A program made the position numbers and the translations under genes. A model generated the notes under the pieces. It saw only the letters and a program-made list of their open reading frames with translations, searched no databases and was not told the DNA's origin. A stretch of DNA of 64,000 nucleotides, taken from assembly GCA_040387855.1 (NCBI GenBank), contig JAZKCY010000001.1, forward strand, positions 253,857-317,856, in the 5' to 3' direction. This document shows, piece by piece, positions 19,668-28,062 of this stretch. The stretch is from Patescibacteria group bacterium (GTDB taxonomy: Bacteria > Patescibacteriota > Minisyncoccia > Phycocordibacterales > JAKAEA01). Each line of letters starts with the position of its first letter. The first letter of the stretch is position 1.

Positions 19668-21059
19668 TTACTTTCGAACTTTATAGATTCGGAGCTTGCA
19701 GTATGGAGAATCTCCGTTAAATACATTTTCTTCTTGCTTGTCGATCAGTTCAAGTACTGCTTGTTTCGTAACTTGGCATTCTTCACCCTCGTTTTTACAA
19801 ATAGTCTCACACTCATTAAAGGCAATATAGTCGTATCCTCCACGTCTCAGCATATAGGTCTGAATAGCATGTTCCCAGGTATCCATTACTTCGGGCACAA
19901 TAGCATCACTTAATGCAACAAACTGAGGTGAAGATGTAAGAAGGGTAAGACGTCCTTTATCTTTAAAATATGAGAAATACGTAACTTGAGCAGGAGTTAA
20001 TACATACTTTTGTGCAAGATTGGTATATGCATAGTATGAAATGCTGCTAAGCCCAATCATAAGAATGAAAGCAATAGCAATATATGCTTTTTTATAGTTT
20101 ATACGAGCTGTGAGCAAGGCAATGCCGTATCCTGCAAGAATAGTGATGTACGGGAGAAATGAAATACCATAGCGAAGTTCTTGATGAATTGCATGGCTAA
20201 AATATCCTCCAAGAACTGCTACTGCAAGAAGTGAAACAATTACGAGATCTCGAGCTTTCTCTTGTTCGTGTTTAAATTTCTTAAAGAAAATAAGAAGGGC
20301 TGCAAATCCAAAAATAATAAATGGATTTTGCATAAATAAACCTTTAGCATAATACAGATAATGCTGGGTAGTATAATGCATTGAGTTTGCTACTACTGTA
20401 TTTGCTGTAATTATTGGATGTAAGGCATTGCCATAGAGATGAATGTTTGCAATAAAATATGGAATTGTAAGCACTAAAAATCCAACACCTAATCGCATGC
20501 ACGCAACAGTGAAATCTCGAAAACTCATGCGCTTTGAAACAAGCTGGATGAGAAGTGCAAGACCGAATACTACGCCGATAAGTACTTGCGGGAACCTCAT
20601 AAGGAACGCGAGTGCAACAACAAGCCCCGCACTAAAATCTTTTCCCTTGAGAAATAGGTAGGCTGCTAGTACGGTGAGACATGCTGAAGGAATATCAGTG
20701 AGCGGTGCATTGCTAAAGGCAAGAATAACAGGAGAAAATCCAATAAGAATAGCTGCATAAAGTCCGGCATTTTTTCGTGCACGTTCTCCTATTAAGTAAC
20801 AAAGATAGATAAGTCCAAGGCTTGCAACAATAGCAATAATTTTTCCTACAACCACAGGATCTAATCCTATTTTCCATGCACCTCCTAAGATTATAGGGAA
20901 TAGTACAGGTCTAAATGACTCGAAAATTCCAATAGCACCTTTGGTATACATAAACTTTCCGATACCGATGTACATGGCTGTATCCCAAAACAGAATAGTA
21001 TTTTGAAGGGTATACCATACACGAGCAATGAGAGAAACAAAAAGAACGAATATAATCAT
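19668..21059 (-). CDS. GT39/ArnT-like multi-pass membrane glycosyltransferase (protein O-mannosyltransferase-like)
   Basis: 463 aa, about 11 predicted TM helices, N-terminal loop typical of PMT_2/GT-C enzymes. Confidence 0.5.
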   Translation of the reverse strand: MIIFVLFVSLIARVWYTLQNTILFWDTAMYIGIGKFMYTKGAIGIFESFRPVLFPIILGGAWKIGLDPVVVGKIIAIVASLGLIYLCYLIGERARKNAGLYAAILIGFSPVILAFSNAPLTDIPSACLTVLAAYLFLKGKDFSAGLVVALAFLMRFPQVLIGVVFGLALLIQLVSKRMSFRDFTVACMRLGVGFLVLTIPYFIANIHLYGNALHPIITANTVVANSMHYTTQHYLYYAKGLFMQNPFIIFGFAALLIFFKKFKHEQEKARDLVIVSLLAVAVLGGYFSHAIHQELRYGISFLPYITILAGYGIALLTARINYKKAYIAIAFILMIGLSSISYYAYTNLAQKYVLTPAQVTYFSYFKDKGRLTLLTSSPQFVALSDAIVPEVMDTWEHAIQTYMLRRGGYDYIAFNECETICKNEGEECQVTKQAVLELIDKQEENVFNGDSPYCKLRIYKVRK

Positions 21060-21080
21060 AGATATATCAAAAGCTGTTAA

Positions 21081-21797
21081 TTACTGATTTTTCTTACTAG
21101 TCGATGTAGCCGTGCTTGATGTTGCTGTCATTGTTGTAGATGTAGCTTGCTCTAGAAAAGGCTGAATAACACTTTCCATACTTGCAAGACTATCAAAGGC
21201 TGCATAGTTTTTACCATTGATATCTATTATGGGTAATGCATTTGGAACATTGTGTTGAGAAATAAGTGTCTTTACCGCAGGAAGATCAATATCATAATCA
21301 AATGTATAAATTTCTATCTGAGGATATTCATTTTGAATTGCACGCAAGATATATTCTTGAGTTTGGCATGTAGCACAGTTCTTATTTGAGTAGAAATACA
21401 AAATAAATACTTTGCCATAATCGCACTCATCATTCATTCTTTTTGTGAGAAGGTAATCTCTAATCTGAAGAAGTGAATAATATCTCTTTAATCGGAATAC
21501 TTCCGGATCATTTTCACCAAGCTGACCTTCGAGAAAATCTAGCTTTGATGAAAGACTACTAAGCTCGGTACGAAGTGTTGAACGGTCAAATTCTTTGCAT
21601 GATGATTCTTCTATAATATCGAACTGTGTCTCAAACGAGAGAATATCAATAGAAATTTTGTCTTCAATAGCTTTAAGCTCATTAGTTTTGCGCTTGTTGA
21701 TATACTCTGAAATAACGAAAGCAACTCCAAAAACAGTTATGGTCAGAAAAAGTGCAATAATATAAATCTTGAAATTTATTTTTTTCATTATCTCCAA
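21081..21797 (-). CDS. membrane-anchored thioredoxin-like protein
   Basis: N-terminal TM, coiled region, NCATCQ CxxC motif. Confidence 0.4.
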   Translation of the reverse strand: MEIMKKINFKIYIIALFLTITVFGVAFVISEYINKRKTNELKAIEDKISIDILSFETQFDIIEESSCKEFDRSTLRTELSSLSSKLDFLEGQLGENDPEVFRLKRYYSLLQIRDYLLTKRMNDECDYGKVFILYFYSNKNCATCQTQEYILRAIQNEYPQIEIYTFDYDIDLPAVKTLISQHNVPNALPIIDINGKNYAAFDSLASMESVIQPFLEQATSTTMTATSSTATSTSKKNQ

Positions 21798-23023
21798 TGA
21801 GTTTTACGGCCAAAGACTGCGTTGAATACTGAACGGATAACCCAGAAAGGTGAGATGAGTGGGAATACTACGAAGTAGAGTGCTACACGGCCTGGACGTA
21901 GGGGCTCGCTTGTAAGCTTTTGGGCATTGTAGACCAACGTAAACATAAGCATAAATACAAAAAGTGTAAGAAATATATTTAATTTTGCACTTACATAAAA
22001 GAGACTAAATTCAAATTGGGGCATTAAGAATCCAACAGCCTTCCAAAGTAGGAACTTTTGTACCAAGAAATTGACAATTCTGTACATTAATAGAAACACG
22101 GTAAAGATAACCCCTCCAATAAGTACAACTGCAGTAGGAATAGTAAGTAATCCAACATTACCGTATTCTTTATTTAAGAATAGGAACTTGTAGTCCCAGG
22201 CATTCTTTAAGAAGCCGTAGGTCCATCGTAGACGCTGTTTGTAGAGCTTATAGACCGTTGTAGGACCTGTAGTATAGACCCATGCTGTATGCATGTTATC
22301 AATCTTCATATGATTCGCCTGTAATCGAAAGGCGATTTCCATATCTTCAGTATTGTGAGCTTTCTTAAACTTTCCAATTTTATCAAATGCAGCTTTTCTA
22401 AATATAGTAAACGGGCCGGGTGTTACGTGAATACCACCGAGAATACCCATAACTTTCTTTACAAGAATACCGAAGACATATTCAACACTCTGCACACTTT
22501 GAATAAGTGTCTTTGGATTGTAAATCTTCATAGCTGGAGTAACCGCCATTGTTTCAGGATCATCAAATTTACAGATCATTTTCTTTAAGGTGTCTGCATC
22601 AACTTCTGAGTCTGCATCAAGACAGCCAAAAAATTCACTTGTACTTCGATCAATAGCATAGTTTACGGCAGTATGCTTTCCTCCGTTTTCTTTGTGATAA
22701 AGCTCTATCTGAGGATGACCTGCATATTGCTGCACAATTTCCCAACTACTATCTGTACTTCCATCATCAACTACAAAAATCTTGAGTTTATCTTGAGGAT
22801 AATTCATTGCAAGGAGAGACTGCACTGTTTTTGAGACTGTCTTTTCTTCGTTCCAAATAGGTACGACAATAGTTACGGAAGGGTATACTTCTCGTTCATA
22901 TGATGCTTTTTCGTCGGCTTTAATTTCCTTTCGGTGAGTGAGGTAGGTAAAAAGAATGAATACCTCAAAATAGATACCGACAAAGAGAAAAAAGTAGATG
23001 ATAACTGTCTGAAAAATGCCCAT
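21788..23023 (-). CDS. processive family-2 glycosyltransferase (NodC/HAS/PgaC-like synthase)
   Basis: VDDGSTDSS, DADS and QRLRWTYG (QxxRW) motifs with N- and C-terminal TM segments. Confidence 0.65.
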   Translation of the reverse strand: MGIFQTVIIYFFLFVGIYFEVFILFTYLTHRKEIKADEKASYEREVYPSVTIVVPIWNEEKTVSKTVQSLLAMNYPQDKLKIFVVDDGSTDSSWEIVQQYAGHPQIELYHKENGGKHTAVNYAIDRSTSEFFGCLDADSEVDADTLKKMICKFDDPETMAVTPAMKIYNPKTLIQSVQSVEYVFGILVKKVMGILGGIHVTPGPFTIFRKAAFDKIGKFKKAHNTEDMEIAFRLQANHMKIDNMHTAWVYTTGPTTVYKLYKQRLRWTYGFLKNAWDYKFLFLNKEYGNVGLLTIPTAVVLIGGVIFTVFLLMYRIVNFLVQKFLLWKAVGFLMPQFEFSLFYVSAKLNIFLTLFVFMLMFTLVYNAQKLTSEPLRPGRVALYFVVFPLISPFWVIRSVFNAVFGRKTHWR

Positions 23024-23094
23024 ATAAGTAAGTATGTATTATATCATACACATGACCTTTTTACAAGTGGAAAGCTTTCGTATATAATGGCTTT

Positions 23095-23790
23095 ATGAAA
23101 GGACATATTCATCCATTAACCATTGCAATGCAAGAGATTCAGACCATATTTGCCGATATGGGATTTGAAGTTGCCCTTGGTCCTGAACGAGAAACAGATT
23201 TTTACAACTTTGAAGCACTCAATTTCCCTCCAGATCATCCGGCTCGAGATATGCAGGATACCTTTTGGCTTAAAGATCCAAACGAAAAGGGTGAAAAAAT
23301 GCTGTTGCGAACACATACATCTCCAGTACAGATTCGCTATATGGAATCAAACAAGCCTCCATTTCGAATTATAGTTCCGGGTAAGGTATATCGAAACGAA
23401 GCGACTGATGCAACGCACGAAGCGCAGTTTTTCCAAGTAGAAGGATTAGCAATTGATAAGAATATTTCTCTTGCAGAACTAAAAGGAACTCTTGAAACAT
23501 TTTATAAAAGATATTTTGGTAATGATGTAGAACTTCGATTTCGACCAAGCTTTTTTCCATTTACTGAACCTTCAGTAGAAGTGGATATTCGCTATAAAGA
23601 TAAGTGGCTTGAAGTAATGGGAGGAGGACTTGTGCATCCCAATGTTGTGAAAGCCGCAGGATTAAATCCAGAAGAATGGCAAGGCTTTGCATTCGGAGGT
23701 GGAATCGATCGACTTATCATTCTTAAGTATGGAGTAAATGATATTCGAGATTTTTATTCTGGTGATCTCAGATTCGTAAATCAGTTTTAA
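23095..23790 (+). CDS. pheS: phenylalanine--tRNA ligase alpha subunit, N-terminally truncated form (231 aa)
   Basis: Class II aaRS core motifs ([19 protein letters not shown]); no N-terminal coiled-coil arm. Confidence 0.8.
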   Translation: MKGHIHPLTIAMQEIQTIFADMGFEVALGPERETDFYNFEALNFPPDHPARDMQDTFWLKDPNEKGEKMLLRTHTSPVQIRYMESNKPPFRIIVPGKVYRNEATDATHEAQFFQVEGLAIDKNISLAELKGTLETFYKRYFGNDVELRFRPSFFPFTEPSVEVDIRYKDKWLEVMGGGLVHPNVVKAAGLNPEEWQGFAFGGGIDRLIILKYGVNDIRDFYSGDLRFVNQF

Positions 23791-23793
23791 TAT

Positions 23794-25740
23794 ATGAAAA
23801 TTTCTTATAATTGGCTTCAAACATATTTCAAAGATCCGCTACCTAGCCCAACAGAATTGGGTGATCTTCTCACATTCCATGTGTTTGAAATAGAAAGTAT
23901 CGATGAAGTAGGGAATGACACTATACTTGATGTGAAAGTACTTCCAGACCGAGCTCACTATGCGCTTTCACACAAAGGTGTAGCATATGAAATTGCTGCT
24001 ATTACAAACACTCCTGTCCATGAAAAGCCACTCGCTATAAAAAGAGAAAGTATAAAAGACTCACAAGAACTTATTGTAAATATTTATGATGAGCGATGTA
24101 TTCGAGATTCAAAAGTAGTACTTAAAAATATTACCGTAGAAACTTCACCTGAGTGGCTCAAAGAACGGCTCACAGCTATTGGCCAGCGATCTATTAGCAA
24201 TATTGTTGATGCAACAAACTATGTAATGTTTGATCGAGGTCAGCCACTGCATGCATTTGATTTTGATAAGCTTACAAAGAAAGATGGGAAAGCAGCGATT
24301 GGACTTAAGAAGGCAAACGCAGGTGACAAAATAACCACATTAGGTGGCAAAGAATATACGCTTGATGCAGATACTCTTGTATTTACTGATGAATATAATA
24401 ACGATGCACTTTTAGATATCGCTGGTATTAAAGGAGGAACATTGGCTGAAGTAGATGCGAATACAAAAAATATTGTAGTGCTGTCTGCAAATTTTGATGC
24501 ATCATATATACGCAAAACTTCTACAAAATATGGTATTAGAACTGATGCTTCAAAGCGATCAGAAAATAATATTTCTCCAGAATTAACTATGGATGGGTTG
24601 CTTCAGGTCGTTCAGCTTATTACGGATATTTCAAAAACAGCGCCAACAATAGAGGGGATTGTGGATTATTATCCTAAAGTTATTACTCAGCCTAAAGTAG
24701 TGATTTCTACTGACTATATTGTGAAGATGCTGGGAGTTAATATCTCTGAACCAGAAATTACAACTATCTTGCAGAGATTGCAGATTTCTTATCTTCACAA
24801 AGAAGGTGTGTTTGAAATTATGCCGCCACTGTGGCGACGAGATCTTGTAATTGCACAAGATGTTGTGGAAGAAGTTGGACGAATTTACGGATATAAAAAG
24901 CTGCCATCAACCCAGCTTCCTGAAACTAGTTTTAAGCCAGCGGTAAATAAACTCTTTTATTACTCAAATAAGATTAGAACTATATTAACTGAAGCAGGAT
25001 TCTCTGAAGTTTATACCTATGCATTGCAAAATAAAGGGGAAGTGGAGATTCTTAATCCATTAGCATCAGATAAAAATTACTTAAGAAAAGATTTAGTGAC
25101 TGGTATTTCTCAGTCACTAGAATTAAACGTGAGAAACGCAGATCTTCTTGGGCTTGATCAAATTAAGATATTTGAAATTGGTAAGGCATTTGCTAAAGAT
25201 GCTGAATCTACCAAGTTTGCATTGGGAGTAAAAAATGCAAAGAAGATGAAAGTAAAAGAAGGACAGGCTATTAAAGATATTCTTCAGAAAATCGGAGAGG
25301 CATTAGGCACTACACTTGATCTAAAGATTGCAGATACTGATACAGTATTTGAGCTCGATTTCGATGCTCTTATAGAACAACTTCCGCAACCTACTGCATA
25401 CGAACCATATATTCGAAGTGAAGAAGTAACTACTTATAAGAAATTCTCAGCATATCCATTTGCAGTGCGAGATATTGCGGTATTTACTCCAGAGGGAACA
25501 TCTAAAGAAACAGTGCGATCTGTTATTGAAAAATATGCAGGGGATATAGTACTTACAGAAAAAATAAGACTCTTTGATGAATTTACAAAAACATTAGAAG
25601 ATGGTTCTAAGAAAATTTCATTTGGATTTCGAATGGTGTTTCAATCATATGAGCGAACACTTACTGAAGAAGAAATAAATGCGGTTATGAAATCTATAAC
25701 TGATGATATGAATATGCGGGAAGGTTGGCAGGTGAGATAA
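23794..25740 (+). CDS. pheT: phenylalanine--tRNA ligase beta subunit (short, 648 aa)
   Basis: Immediately downstream of pheS; B3/B4 and C-terminal anticodon-binding-like layout. Confidence 0.75.
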   Translation: MKISYNWLQTYFKDPLPSPTELGDLLTFHVFEIESIDEVGNDTILDVKVLPDRAHYALSHKGVAYEIAAITNTPVHEKPLAIKRESIKDSQELIVNIYDERCIRDSKVVLKNITVETSPEWLKERLTAIGQRSISNIVDATNYVMFDRGQPLHAFDFDKLTKKDGKAAIGLKKANAGDKITTLGGKEYTLDADTLVFTDEYNNDALLDIAGIKGGTLAEVDANTKNIVVLSANFDASYIRKTSTKYGIRTDASKRSENNISPELTMDGLLQVVQLITDISKTAPTIEGIVDYYPKVITQPKVVISTDYIVKMLGVNISEPEITTILQRLQISYLHKEGVFEIMPPLWRRDLVIAQDVVEEVGRIYGYKKLPSTQLPETSFKPAVNKLFYYSNKIRTILTEAGFSEVYTYALQNKGEVEILNPLASDKNYLRKDLVTGISQSLELNVRNADLLGLDQIKIFEIGKAFAKDAESTKFALGVKNAKKMKVKEGQAIKDILQKIGEALGTTLDLKIADTDTVFELDFDALIEQLPQPTAYEPYIRSEEVTTYKKFSAYPFAVRDIAVFTPEGTSKETVRSVIEKYAGDIVLTEKIRLFDEFTKTLEDGSKKISFGFRMVFQSYERTLTEEEINAVMKSITDDMNMREGWQVR

Positions 25741-25766
25741 AAATCTAAAAATAAAATAAACGTTTA

Positions 25767-25795
25767 GCCCGGCTGCGTGTGGTACGCAGCCGGGC
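25767..25795 (+). terminator. GC-rich palindrome H1 (putative pheT terminator / REP-like element)
   Basis: GCCCGGCTGCGT-GTGGT-ACGCAGCCGGGC perfect 12-bp stem, weak T-run. Confidence 0.45.
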
Positions 25796-26150
25796 TTTCG
25801 ATTGGCGTCAGTGATGTCGACGCCGATGTTTCTTCTTGGGCCTGATCTTCCCCCTGTTTTTCCAGTGCTTGTTGCACAGGATGTTTGTGGTGCACGTGCA
25901 ACGTTTACTTCGCGTGATACGCTCGAACGGTTGGTACAAAGGGAGAGCAGCGTGCTCCCACCTCATCGGGGAAAGGTTTCGGCATGCGAAGACCTTTTTG
26001 ACCCGATTGGACCTACCGACCGGTAAGAAATTCTGTGCCAATCATTGTCTCCGAGAGAAGTCCTGGCTATTCCAATAGCCGTTCCTTCTGCATTCTTCCA
26101 TACTATAAAAAAATAATCAACAAAATATGTAAATGAAATCCAGAGGTGAG

Positions 26151-26182
26151 GAAGCCCGACTCGCGTGGTGCGGTCGGGCTTC
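26151..26182. repeat. GC-rich palindrome H2, related to H1
   Basis: GAAGCCCGAC-TCGCGTGGTGCG-GTCGGGCTTC; shares GCCCG..GCGTGGT.CGC..CGGGC core with H1. Confidence 0.4.
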
Positions 26183-26215
26183 TGGGAAACGAAGAACGTG
26201 AACGGTCGCGTAAGT

Positions 26216-26491
26216 CTACGCGAGCGTGAGCATGCCGATCTTCGGCACTCGAATGCGCGGCCGCATCTCGTTGTTCGCGTGGTGCGTTGGCGAGTAGTAG
26301 GCGCAGACGGGCGTCGGGACCGTGGGGCAGATCTCACTGTCGACGATCCGGCGGTCGATCTCGTCGATTGGGATGTCGACCGTCAGGCGGTGGTCGGCGA
26401 TCGCCCGGTCGAGCCGCTTTTGCTCGTCGGGGTAACCGAACTGGGACATTGCCGTCGGGATCTTCGGGTGACGGGGAGCGTGACGAATCAT
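26216..26491 (-). CDS. 91-aa acidic hypothetical protein with very high GC3 (foreign-derived)
   Basis: ATG with GAGG SD; third-codon positions almost all G/C, unlike any native gene in the window. Confidence 0.4.
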   Translation of the reverse strand: MIRHAPRHPKIPTAMSQFGYPDEQKRLDRAIADHRLTVDIPIDEIDRRIVDSEICPTVPTPVCAYYSPTHHANNEMRPRIRVPKIGMLTLA

Positions 26492-26649
26492 GAGAACCTC
26501 GAGATGAAACAGAAACCGTTCCTGGATACCAATCCATTGGCACCAGCTTCATGTATTATAGCATTTTGAGCATAAAAGTCAAGTTGGAAAAGGTGGATAT
26601 GGCGGCCCAGGCTAGCCGTATAAAATAGGTATGCTATGATGTACCCCGT

Positions 26650-27210
26650 ATGATTACTATTGGTCTTACGGGCACTATTGGCGCAGGCAAGGGAACGATT
26701 GTCGAGTATTTAAAGACCCAAGGTTTTACACACTATCCCGCTCGGGATTTTTTAATAAGAGAAGTTGTAAAAAGAGGACTCGAACCTATTCGAGAAAATA
26801 TTACTGTAGTGGCAAATGATCTCCGAAAGATCCATTCTCCTGATTATATAATCTCTGAACTTTCAAAAGAGCGAGCAACAAATCCTGGTAATGCAATTAT
26901 TGAATCTATTAGAAATTTAGGGGAGATAGATTATCTTAGAAAGACTATTCCCAATTTTTATTTGTTTGCTGTTGATGCAGATTTGAAACTTCGGTATGAA
27001 CGAATCCTAGAACGGGGATTGAGTACTGATCACATTTCATTTGAGCAGTTTGTGATAGACGAAAATAAAGAGATGGATTCTAAGGAACTCTGGAAACAAA
27101 ATATTCGAGCTTGTATTTCACAGGCAGATTTTGTATTCGAAAATAATGGGACTATTGAAGAACTCTCAGTGAAAGTGGAGGAAGTGCTTAAAAATTTGAC
27201 TAATAAGTAA
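26650..27210 (+). CDS. coaE: P-loop nucleotide kinase, dephospho-CoA kinase-like
   Basis: IGLTGTIGAGKGT Walker A at N-terminus and VDADLKLRYERILERGLS pattern like CoaE; low-GC native composition. Confidence 0.45.
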   Translation: MITIGLTGTIGAGKGTIVEYLKTQGFTHYPARDFLIREVVKRGLEPIRENITVVANDLRKIHSPDYIISELSKERATNPGNAIIESIRNLGEIDYLRKTIPNFYLFAVDADLKLRYERILERGLSTDHISFEQFVIDENKEMDSKELWKQNIRACISQADFVFENNGTIEELSVKVEEVLKNLTNK

Positions 27211-27553
27211 ATCCTCTTAAACTAACCTGAGAACTGGGGGCAGTCCTAACCCGAGGTCCACATGGCAGAATTTGGAGATGAATGGTCTGTGTGCTCGTGT
27301 TCGTGTCACGACCCAAATGGCGGGCCGCCGCGCGCTGACCACTGCATTCCGTGTTGTACTCATTGCCCGTGGTGTGCTCAGAACATCACGGGCAACCTCG
27401 ATGCACACATTGCTGGTGTTCATCCCACACACGTGGGGCAACCCTTTCCTTTCGTCAGTCCCTTAGCGGGGCTTTCCGACCAACCACTGGTCGGGTAGTC
27501 AGCAGGGGATTTTTTTATTACAAAATTTATATAAAAAAAGCCGTTCGCGGGTG

Positions 27554-27967
27554 CTACTTGGCTGGTGTTTTTTCGAAACTTTTTGCAAGGTAAAGTGTGG
27601 TATTGTAGGCAACTTTGAATTGAACATACCACACTTGTCCTACACTCCCGGTGCTATCATCCCGACCTCTCGGATTGAACCACACCTGCCGCACAACATA
27701 TGTGGCATGCTCTTCAGTGAGAGTGATATCGCCGATCTCGGGGGGAATGGGTGTTACAACCGGGCGGACTACATCATCCACCTTGAATGGCGGTTGCAAC
27801 CCAAGGAGCCGAGCGTGTAAGGCTCCGCTTAGCCAGTTCACCATCTTGCGAGTTGCGCGTAACCCGGGCTCTTCACCAAAGGAAGTGGCTCCGGTTCGCT
27901 CTGCAGCACGTACAAGCTCCTGCACAAGCTCGACGTTATCCATCGTGTACGGATCTCTTTTTGACAT
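27554..27967 (-). CDS. 137-aa hypothetical protein in GC-rich micro-island
   Basis: ATG preceded by AAGGAG SD at -7; no family recognised. Confidence 0.4.
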   Translation of the reverse strand: MSKRDPYTMDNVELVQELVRAAERTGATSFGEEPGLRATRKMVNWLSGALHARLLGLQPPFKVDDVVRPVVTPIPPEIGDITLTEEHATYVVRQVWFNPRGRDDSTGSVGQVWYVQFKVAYNTTLYLAKSFEKTPAK

Positions 27968-28062
27968 GCGGTTACTCCTTTTCCATACATTATAGTAGTC
28001 AAAATTGGGTTTGTTGCAAGCTCTAAAATTTGCTATAATAGAGTATCTAAAAATTTACAAAA

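Noticed and set aside
26165-26569. 134-aa plus-strand ORF and other Arg-rich ORFs (25963..26337, 26287..26493, 26334..26552) in the GC-rich block
   Set aside because: GC-rich DNA yields long spurious ORFs. Their codon third positions are mixed and the translations are Arg/Pro-rich junk. The minus-strand frame 26216..26491 shows the strong GC3 bias expected of real coding sequence.
25741-28020. Possible RNase P RNA, tmRNA, SRP RNA or 6S RNA in the GC-rich non-coding-looking stretches
   Set aside because: No match by eye to RNase P conserved blocks (GGAAAGTCCGGGCTCCA, ACAGAAACCGGCTTA), the tmRNA tRNA-like 3' end or a tag ORF, or the SRP domain IV motif. This remains untested computationally, so it is kept as an open finding rather than a call.
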